In this document: piece by piece, positions 26,801 to 37,234 of the stretch
Numbering within the stretch: the first letter of the stretch is position 1
Layout: the number at the start of each line of letters is the position of its first letter
Assembly (NCBI RefSeq): GCF_036971445.1
Contig: NC_091480.1
Span: forward strand, 79,732,001 to 79,796,000
DNA from: Narcine bancroftii
Lineage: Eukaryota
DNA length: 64,000 nt
Direction: 5' to 3'
Notes under the pieces: model-generated
The model's database searches: none
What the model was told of the DNA's origin: nothing
What the model saw: the letters and a program-made list of their open reading frames with translations, nothing else
Translations under genes and position numbers: made by a program

Positions 26801-29800
26801 GGAAAGTTGTTTAAGGGGGGCATGCTTAACTCTGCGCTTTGCTTACACCTTATCGTTCACTGAGTAGAACAGATGGGACTTCATGTGGTACCTCAGACAT
26901 GAGTGCCCCCTTAAGTCAGCAATAGGGAATCAGTACCAATTAGATGCAGTGGTGAAACGAAACAAAACCCCAACTACTTTTAACTTTGAAGAATCTTCGG
27001 CGAAGTTTTTGGCACAGAAACTACAATACATCCCGAGGGTATGGTGCTGGGGTGTACTGGGTGGAAATCTTGCCCAATGCAGTACGAGTGATCAAGCTAT
27101 TCTGAAAAAAAAAGGCCTTGCCACGAACAGAAGTTTGCTTATATATTGAACACAAAAAAGGAACAAATTTGGCGTTTAGAAGTGAACAGAATAATCTAAC
27201 CCGAGCATTGATAGACGGTCAGATATAAGGAATTACAGATATGCGCAATCACACTCTTAGAGGACTTTGACATTTAAAAAAGAGATCGACGCCAAAGATT
27301 CTGTCACTTTAGGGGAATCACCAAAGATAGCGATTCTTCATATTTTTTGAAACGTTGCAAATAGAGAAACTGCTGTAGAAAGGACAAAACGAGCCCCTCC
27401 GTTTGGCTGCGAGTTACAAATTTATAATATTCTACCAATTATGAAAGAACGGCGTTACAGATCCACCCTGCCTCAACTCGGAGTCCACATCACAACCATT
27501 GAGCCCCATTTCTTTCGCATTTAAAGTGAGGCGAAGTGTATTCCGAACATACACTCGGTGTGATCCCCGGTTACAACAAGGTTCAATTGGTTTCAATGCA
27601 TCATGGGGCACAACATGGGGCAGGAAAACATCGACTTGATATCAGTTCAATGAAATAATTAGCATTAATACTGCAAAAGGTGGTGTCAAATTCCTTATCC
27701 CGATTTCCAACTATGCTAATCAATAAAATTATCCAGTACAATTTGAAAGTACTATTCATTTCTGTCAAGCTCGTTCTTTCCACTTACATGGAACTTAATA
27801 TGGAAATTGGTGGTTTATTAAGTAATTCGTGTCACTACTGTTATTTTTAAATGATTAATGAAATGTCTTTCATTTGTAGGTTCAATGTACAGGATGGAGA
27901 CATTGCGGGAAACTGGTCTGTTTTGCCGAAATACAGAAGAGGCAAGCAATCCAGTGGCTTCGTACTGATTGAATAGTTTTCGCAGCTCAAATATTTTAGC
28001 CGCCAAAGGTGTTTCATTTGACCAACACTGGCTGGTGTTGCACGCAGCTGATAGATGAATAACATTCATGGCGCCCACTCATAATCCTGTGGCAGCATGT
28101 GCTGAAGTATTGGACCGGCGAAATCCCAGCATGTGGTTATGTTTGGAATACTTACAGCCAGGAAACGTTTGCAAAAATACTTATGTGTTCAATCGCAAAC
28201 AGAAGACTTTTTTTGGCTTATAATTTTAGTATTGGGGCTCCCATTCGATAACTTGTCTGTTACAATGACGCCGGTCTTTTTAATTGCGGTCTATCTATTA
28301 TAGTTTTTCTTCAAATAACACCTCAATGTCTCTGGCCAAGTCACCTGCTTCGCTAATTCTATTTATTTTTCGATGTTCCCCCCCCCCCCTCCTTTGTCAC
28401 TCGGGGCTTGTGCAGCTTTCTTTGTGTCCACTTCTCTCCTCATCTTTCTTCTTCCATACTTTGGAGTTTTACACTCGTGTCTTTCCCTATACTTACCAGC
28501 CCCCTTTTCTTCTCTACCCCCTTTTCCTTCGATCCCTTTATGTTCCTTTATTTCCCCCAACCACCCCCGGGGAAGTATGCAGTAAGCAGTAGCAGAATGG
28601 AGCTTACATCAAACATTTAAATTGCTCGCTGCCAGAACTGCCTTTGACATATGGATCCACCGACTGAATGAGTGAAGGCAAAAATAATGTTTCTTGAATT
28701 CGGTGACAGTGATAAGGTATCATTATGGAGAAAATATAAGCTCTCCATGAACCTAACAGATGGCGGGCGACGAACATCTTCAATGTCTAGGTGCAACAGT
28801 GACGCATCACATACTGTACAATTAATCTTTTTCTGTTAACCGAGTAAATTAGTATAATTGTAGGCCCCGGGCTTTCAGCTAATCACCACTAAACTGTGTG
28901 TATATATGTAATAACCCGGAATGTAAAGGGAAAACCATCTTATTATGTTCAACATATTAAATGTGCTTAAATGCTGAGTTAATAGTGACAGTTAACGAAA
29001 CTCAACTGTGAAGGATATTGTGTGAAATGTCTTCAATTCCGTCAAAATATGAATAATCACCACTCCCTTTGTCAAGGTATTCGCTCTCTTCTAAGTAATG
29101 GGTTTGCTGACTTGAGTAAAATACCTTTCAAAACTTCGAAATGGGAAACATTAATGATCCATGGAACAACTCCCTCCCGAATATCCCACCCCCTCGCTGC
29201 CATTTTCCACCAGTGCATAGGGGGAAAAACTTCAGTCTGAATGCTAGAAAGTAATATGTGTTACTCAGTGAAAAATTAGATGATTGATTTCATCCGTAGT
29301 GCTGTCAACACTGCATCTATTTCAGGTACCCATAAACTTTATAACAAGGCGAAGAGTACACAAGATGAATATTTCAAAGGTTTAGAAGTACACAAAAAAG
29401 TTTTATTTAAAATTCAAAAGCAGTTATTTATTCAGCTCACAACGTTGATTTATAACCCTATTGATATATTGATTAAATATATTACGTTTTCAAGACAAGC
29501 ATTTCTTCACTGCAGAAATATGCCCCTTAAATATACATTATCTTTGTTTTAATATTGTAATCAGGCTGTATTTCCAAATTATGGAAAAAGATCCAATCGG
29601 ATTGACATCATAGTTTTTATGTTTCATCTTTCAATGAATTGCCTACATATTTTCACTGCAGGAACATCAATGACAGTATGGTTGTGTTTTATGACACCAC
29701 ATTTCTAAATTTAACTCATAATTTTATGACTTTTTAGCAGATACCAACGAATTACAAAATTGGGACATAAAAACGGTGATTAAGTAACATTTGTTATAAG

Positions 29801-30278
29801 CCCTTTAATCAAAAATCCCACGAGAAACATTACCTTTCCAAAAGTCATACGTACATCTCGTAGCCTTTAGTACACCAGCCTTCACCAAAAGATCATTCCA
29901 ATTTATTTAGAACTGATTCCTTGGTTTATAACCCTTCCCCCATCCAAACAACGTGCATACGTGCATTCATTTTCACCTACTCTAGACTTGTAAACTTCGT
30001 AAACCAGAATGTTCCACATCTCTCAACCAGCGCATTAAAAAAAATCCCACATCGACCATTAGACAATGTCCCTTGCAAATGTTACATTATTCAGATTAAA
30101 CATAAAGTATGTATTGCATTACCTACTTGAGCTCTGCTGTGTTTCTGTGGGATAGTATGGCCAGGTTTTGTAGACAGCTGTTGTTTTTGGTTTGACCAAA
30201 TCTTTTTAACACTTTAAAAACAATCTTGAATAATTCCAACTTTCTCCCCCTCCCCTCTCTTTTTTTTGAAGACCGATT

Positions 30279-30363
30279 TGACATTTAAGTGTTGCTATCA
30301 GATTGATGCGGATAACTTTGATTGAAAGCTTTTGTGATGTAAATGTCACCCGGTGATGGATCA
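30279..30363 (+). promoter_or_regulatory. HoxB1 r4 autoregulatory element (b1-ARE)
   Basis: In canonical order: TGACA 30279; R1 AGATTGAT 30300-30307; R2 TGATTGAA 30319-30326; Sox/Oct composite CTTTTGTGATGTAAAT 30329-30344; R3 TGATGGAT 30354-30361. Confidence 0.88.
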
Positions 30364-30397
30364 CCTCATGCAGTTCACTAACATCAGGAGGTCTCTT

Positions 30398-30425
30398 GCC
30401 ATTGGTGACTCGAGGTCACGTGAAT
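30398..30425 (+). promoter_or_regulatory. HoxB1 proximal promoter, NF-Y/USF module
   Basis: ATTGG 30401-30405 and GTCACGTGAAT 30415-30425. Confidence 0.65.
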
Positions 30426-30462
30426 GTCCTTTTGAGTGATATCGTTTGATTGCTAGCGAGCC

Positions 30463-30489
30463 ATGGAGGAAGTTTGCTGGGTGACATAG
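30463..30489 (+). other. Upstream ORF (MEEVCWVT*) in the HoxB1 leader
   Basis: gccATGg strong context; TAG at 30487-30489, 59 nt before the main ATG. Confidence 0.6.
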
Positions 30490-30548
30490 TGCTTGGGGTT
30501 TCAGGGGCAGGGAGAATCCCGAACAGGTTGGCCGTCCATCATTAACAG

Positions 30549-31140
30549 ATGGACAATACGAGGATGAACTCTTTCTTAGAGTACGCAATTTGTAATCGTG
30601 GGACAAGCGCCTACTCATCCAAGAGTTACCACCATTCAGAACAAGGGATAACAGCTTTCGCTCCTTGTGCAGGTAATGTTGACAATTACAATGGTGATGG
30701 ACGATTCTTAGCAGGAGGAAGCGCGCACAATGCACTGCAGCATCAGCACCAGCCAGCTAGTTATTCGCATCATTCCAGCCTGACGAATCCTTACACTAGT
30801 TCAGGCCCCAACAACTACACGGCCCAAACTTGTAACTCTGGTTACAATCACCATTATTTTCTCACCCAAGAGTCGGACGGGGCGTACTTTCAAACCTCGG
30901 GGTACACTGGAAATATAGGACCCACTGTCAATCCACTTTCAGACGCTTATTGTGGTGTCTCAGGGCCGGGTCAATATCAGCCTTCTTACAGCCAAGAGCA
31001 ACAGGGTTTGGCTTATGGAACTTATGCCAATCTGTCGCCATCTGAAGAGGGGGAAAAGGAAGCTTCCTGCACCTCAGATTCATCTTCTTCAGGCCAAACG
31101 TTTGACTGGATGAAAGTGAAAAGAAACCCTCCTAAAACAG
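30549..31140 (+). CDS. HOXB1: HoxB1 coding exon 1
   Basis: B1-type start MDNTRMNSFLEYAICNRG; TFDWMKVKRNPPKT hexapeptide; phase-1 donor AG|GTTAGT at 31140/31141. Confidence 0.95.
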
Positions 31141-31899
31141 GTTAGTATGAGAGCGGTCAGAGACTTTATTTACCTGTAAGTGACTTAAGGAAATTGGAGG
31201 GGGCAGGGGAAATCCAGTGAAAGTCGAATTCAATTTCGCGGTTTTATTCTTTATAAAAGCCCAAACATTTAAAGCGTTCGAAGTAAATATTTTAGAAAGA
31301 AACTTTTGTTGAAAGTTAACACCCAAGATTTCTTCGAATAGTTTTGCCGTGACTTGTTTGCCCCTCCCCCTTCCCAGAATCAATTGGTCCAAATAAGAGA
31401 TAAACGGTGGGATGATTTCGAATTTATGAAAGTGAGCTGAAAATGGCAGGCAGGTCCTGCGGAAGGCGGGACGTAGTTTGAAGTGTGATGTGCAATGATC
31501 TGTCCTCGGATTTCCACTCGGTGAAACATGATCTCAGAATATAAATGACCAATGTATTATTTGAGCGCTGTGTTTCACTCTGAGATGGTTTCGTGCATTT
31601 CAGTGAAACAGCTGGGCCAACATTTATTTAAGGAGCCCCAAGCAGCGAGGGTGGGGTGGGGGGGGGGGGTGGGGGAAGGGTGGCATTTTTCTCTCTCCCA
31701 TTTTATGGCTTGAATAAGCTTATATTTTGTTCCAGAGCCTTCTTCAATAAGTTGAATTGAATCTAAACTATGCTCTGTTGAGTCTCTTATTTCTACCAAG
31801 GTCCGGGGCACCAAGTGCAGTACTTGTTGGTGAATGGGGGTTGACTGTGGAATTCCTCATGTTGGTTCGTTGTAATTGTTTTGCCTTGTACGTTTCCAG

Positions 31900-32243
31900 C
31901 CAAAATCGCTGATTATGGATTAGCTGGCCAGACGAACACAATACGAACCAATTTCACCACCAAGCAATTAACTGAGCTGGAAAAGGAATTTCACTTTAAC
32001 AAGTACCTAACCCGCGCCAGGAGAGTAGAGATAGCGGCCACGCTCGAGTTGAATGAAACTCAAGTCAAAATCTGGTTTCAGAATCGCAGGATGAAGCAGA
32101 AGAAGCGAGAGAAAGAAGGTTTCACTCCCAACTTCTCAACTTCCGCTGCGAAAGAAACCGGGGACGGATCGGACAAGTCGTCAACCACTTCGCCTTCCAC
32201 GTCGCCCAGATCTTCAACATCAGAGAACATCCATACCTCTTAA
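31900..32243 (+). CDS. HOXB1: HoxB1 coding exon 2 (homeodomain); spliced protein 311 aa
   Basis: Acceptor tttccAG| ends 31899; PG1 homeodomain [59 protein letters not shown]. Confidence 0.96.
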
Positions 32244-33827
32244 CTCTGGCTGTCAAACAAATAGCAATACCAAAGGGGAACATGACTTAATTTCCTTCAA
32301 TGCAGTTCACCAATGACAATTGCCTTCCTTTTTCGGTCACGGTTGTAATAAACTCAGGGAAACTACCAAAAAATATTAGCATTGCACTTTCCACCTGTTT
32401 ACGCCACTATAATCACATATCTCGATACCGACGGTTGTAATACCACATGCTATCTGACTGGTTGTGAATATATATTTTAATATGTGGTTTTGACTACTCG
32501 CCTTAAGTTATTATTAACTTTGCAAGGAGCGTGGCTTCATCGAGCCTTACTGTACTCGCATAGATTTCAGACTGGTTTGCGTTTAAAAATTATGATTTCA
32601 GACCGAATTGTTTGTATATATCAGAAAGCGAGAAAATACACAATTTTTTTGCGGTTTGAAGTATGTTTCAAGAGATCTGTGGAGCTTATTTTGTGATTGC
32701 ACTACTAATACTGTAACAGGGTTATCGATCCTAAAACATTAGGTTCAGTGAAAGAATGGCTTTAAGGAATGTAGCGGGCGTACATTGTGTTAACAAATGT
32801 ATTAATCTTCGTTCACTTGTGTGGCATTTTATGTTCATGCTATCTTTTGGGCAAAGTTTTATTTGTCTTAAATCGGACACTGAGACTAGCCCTTTCCTTA
32901 TAACAGACGCATATATTTTACTGAATGTGACCATATTGGACCATTCAATTGTTTTCAAGTCTGAGAGCAAGCCTCCATTTGAGGAGAAAGCGATCCCACC
33001 ACAACCGCAGAAATGCCTGTTATCATGTTAGCAAAGAGCATCGATGGAAATTTCCTCTGGTCGTTACTGCTGGACTGTACAATTTCGTTAGAACTTATTG
33101 CTGGAGGGCATCTGCAGACCAGGTTTGCCTCTGCAGAAGTTCTACACTGGCGATGATGCTGTAATTCAATCATTTTGTGAGGGTTATCAGTTGCCTCGCA
33201 GCTCGTTGGCAGCTCCGCAAACGAGCTCAACATGTTCAATTTTCAACGCAAGTGTTCAGCTACCTCATTCCAATAAAGTTGATTTGATTATTATAACAGC
33301 GTGCTTCCTGCTTGTTTTCGTTGCTCTCGGCGTCCTTTCACAAAACAATGCAAAATTATGGGATGTATCTTGGGTCTGCGATCGAGCTATAATATCAGTG
33401 CAATGAACTGGACATGCTACATTCTCTGTTCATTTTCCACTTTGTCCACTATGAAGTATTCCAACCTCCAGCGAGTAATCTATCTGTTGGCAGACCATAA
33501 ATAAACCAATTCACAAAACGAGACCATGAGATGATTGCTTTCAGCAAATAAAATTGACCTGATATTGGCAAAACACATTAGAAAATAAATACCCGAGTTT
33601 TAAACCGTAGCGTTAAGTACAAATGGCTGAAGGAAAACACCCTGTCTGCACATGTGCGTAATTTCAAAAATTGCTTAATTTGGTGCAGCACAGCAAGGCA
33701 GGAACGCGAAGGAAGTTCGTCCAAAGTCTCGATGGTGATTGACATTAAACATATACCTTTCACCGCGTCTTTAAAGTAAACGTAGAAGCGAAGCAAGGAC
33801 TGCAACAGCAAACTCCGGATACACGGG

Positions 33828-33841
33828 TGACCTTTTTACCT
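33828..33841 (-). promoter_or_regulatory. HoxB1 3' DR2 RARE (early neural enhancer)
   Basis: TGACCTTTTTACCT = AGGTAA-AA-AGGTCA on minus, about 1.6 kb past the stop; same sequence as the recalled vertebrate Hoxb1 3' DR2. Confidence 0.88.
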
Positions 33842-36798
33842 CCAAACGCCTCTGGGATTAACAAACAAGTCAATAGAAACCGCTTGAGGATGACACCATT
33901 GTCCACCTCAGGTGGAAACACTCATTTATATCAATATAGAATGCGTGTATGAGGGAGAAGGGTAAATGGGGTGCAGAGGGAATGGCGACATTCAGAGTAA
34001 ATTGGTTTGCAATTAACGCTGTTAATCAGGATTCTTGTTTTAAACGCATTGTTTTCTTACTCCTGCGAGCATTCCTGACTTTTTAAATTAATAGTGGTTT
34101 TGAATGGGGGCATACATCGAAAAGGTAACAAATTACGATGAGTCCGAAAGTGACCAAGACTGCCAAGTCGAATTGAAGCTTGGCATTCTAACAATTATAA
34201 ATAAATCAATCCCCCGCCTAAATGCTCTGTCCTTATATTCATTATCATACTCACCCACATATGCACGGAATCCGACACAGGAACATTTTCCTTTTACCGG
34301 GCATACCTTCATGCACTCATTGGTAGCCATGAAATCCAAGCATTCGCGGGAAGCGAATACAGAATATTAATCGGGTATTTAATACTCACAAAACACATAC
34401 AAATATATGCATATAAACATTCATGAACACAATTAGGTATACTGGCAACACAGTTTCATATTTCACCTTCGGAGCGAAGTGTGCACATTTAGAGGCATTA
34501 TCACAAATCATCCTTCAATTAGGTATTGTTTCTACAAGGAGAACTGTGCCCAAACAATTAGACTTGATCTAGTTTGATGAAGTGTGTGTGTGTGTGTGTG
34601 TGTGTGTTGGGATATGAGTGAGAGAGAAAATGGGTGGGGTATGGGTGGAAGGCTGGAGTTTTAGGAACTGTGGACGCGCTTTTGTTCTCTTTCTGAATTA
34701 TCTTTAAATATACTAGTTTCGCAAGAAAACACATAGTCGCATTTAAGAAGCTGAGGAATAAATGATTAAAACTTGAAAAAATTCCCGAGAATGGTGAGAA
34801 GTGTGTAACTTCTTTTTCCAGGAATGAATGTTTAATGTAACATCATTTGTCTCCGCCAGTCACTTTCATTCCAACGTTTGTTGACTTTCAATGTATGCTT
34901 AGGAATAGCACAAACTTCGACCCAGCCAGCATCCTGTTCACCACCGCATGCATGAACAATGCATTTCAATAGAATATCCATGCTGCAGAACAATGATGCA
35001 ACCAGGGATTCCTATCTGGTTTGGCTTGTGTTGCAGTTCACAACAAAGACGCGTACACTGAATTCGGACAGTTGTTACAGGGAATAGTTGCTAACAACGG
35101 GGCTCGCTCTGACATGTGCCTTTGTCCATTCTTACAGTATTGTAAGCATGCTGGGAATTGGTCATCTGTTCATATCACCACGACATTCCGTTGAACAGTT
35201 TATATTTACACTGCCCTTTGCATCAACATTTTATTTACATGTGTTTAACCCTCCCCCTAATAGAGAGCACATGTGTGAATTATATACTTCTCACGCGACA
35301 CTTTCAAACGCGCCTTTTGCATTTCGTTGAACCGGCGAGCGACAACTTTTGAGAGTGAGTGATCGGCAAAAGTTAGAACAAGTTCTCTGATGACCCCCCC
35401 TCCTCCTTGAAATAATTATATAAATTAAACGATGACTGCGGAATCCACTACAACCCCTTCAAAGAAACGTGGAAATAAATAAAAGGCGAAAACTCCTCTT
35501 GCTCGATGGCTGCAGGGGATTTTTTTTTTAAAAAGAGAAAGAAGTATTTTCAAAGGGACTAACATGTCCTTCGCGAACAGAGAACGCAGCCATCTGCTCC
35601 TGACGAGTTTGTGCTAATTGCGCTGGTTTTGTTGGGGGGGGGGGGGATACTTTACCCACCTTTTGATGGAAAGGAAATCGCGCTCATAAAATGTATGCCA
35701 GCTTCCTTTGAACTCCCAGCAGATCTTTGTCATTCGTATTTCACCCTCTACAAGTTCGGAGTTGGATTGGCTGCAACTTCACGCATTTTAAAATCAAATG
35801 CTTGTTCTTCTTCCCTCACCCCTAAAGGAAATCAATCATAGTTCTTAAAACTGATTTCAGAAACAACGTTCAAAGGTTTAAATACATTTCAGCTCTTTCA
35901 AGTCGACATCAAGCTTTTATTTTATTTACATTTATATTTCATTCTCCCTACCTATTGTTACAAGTTTACTTCTTAAACTGTTACATCATGTATTGGCCGT
36001 GGACTATGGTCCAGGTTCGTCCATCCTCTCCTGTAGAAGAGAGGGGAATGGGGCAAAGAAATTAAAGAAACCAAGAAATTAAAAGAGAATTTCACCCATG
36101 GACCAATAATTTTGTCTGCATTTAGAATTTAGTTCTTTCCTTTTCTTCCTTTCCTTTGAGATTGCTTCATTCAAAATAACCTGAGTGGATAGCAAAAGAT
36201 AGTTGAAAAATAACGCGCAGGTATTCAAGATTTAAAAAAAAATCATCGCGAATAACTTTTTGATGGTAACCTTCTTTGAACGGAGGAAACTGAGAGATAA
36301 AGGGAAATTCGGGCCTTATTTTGTCAACATAATTTTGCATGCATCAGGATTCCATGAACCAATCTTACACCACATGGTCTTTTATTTTTTATTAAAATAA
36401 CTTTTTTTTTTGTCAGACCAAAGAATCGAAACATAGAGTTAAGCAAGTTATCAAATTTATGAAAGCACCAGCCGCTTCCTGCATTTTCCCTAAAAGCGAG
36501 ATTGTAAAATGTTATTGAGTGATTGGAGAGGGAGAAGTTATGGCATCTCCTATCTTTTGAATTGCTGATCACCTCCGCTTCTCTTTATTTAGCAAACAGG
36601 TGAAGGAGAGTTTGACCTCAATGAAAAACAATAAAGAAGGTGCAGTACAATGTTCAGTTCCTTGTGGTTTTACCCCCTTTAAGTTTACATTTGCTTGACA
36701 GGACCATTTCATTCCGGCCATCAGATGGACTCGTTCAATATTTACTCAGGCTGAAAGGTTTGCCCAGGGCCAGCCTTAAGAAGCCAGTTCTCCTTCTT

Positions 36799-36815
36799 GG
36801 TTCACGGAGAGTTCA
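36799..36815 (+). promoter_or_regulatory. HoxB1 3' DR5 RARE (gut/endoderm type)
   Basis: GGTTCA-CGGAG-AGTTCA is a perfect DR5, about 4.6 kb past the stop and distal to the DR2, as in mouse. Confidence 0.85.
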
Positions 36816-37197
36816 CGCCGAAATTAATTCAGCAGTCTGGGTCATTCTTGATTAAGCGTTGGTAGCTCCACGTTTTGGGTCAACCTTAAACCAGAGGGAA
36901 TCGCTCTTCTCGCTCCCTGTAGTCCAAGGGCATTTGAGTTGTAAAGCAAATTCTCCTCTTTTTCAAACTCACCTCAAAATTATTTACTAAAGTTTGCAAA
37001 TATCAAGATAAAGAGCAAGCCGCATCGCATCGAGATTTGGAAAGGTCAAAGGTCGCATCTACACTGAATAAATGAATAGTTAATAGCAGTTTATAGAAGG
37101 CGCTAACCACGCATGTCTCAACCTCAGAATTCGGAGACGGGGTGTTGCAGTCAAAATGAAACGGGAATACATAAAAAACGAACATTTATGCCCTCTG

Positions 37198-37234
<37 letters not shown>

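Noticed and set aside
26000-30270. HoxB1 5' repressor DR2 RARE
   Set aside because: No convincing DR2 found by eye; a motif scan is needed before calling it absent.
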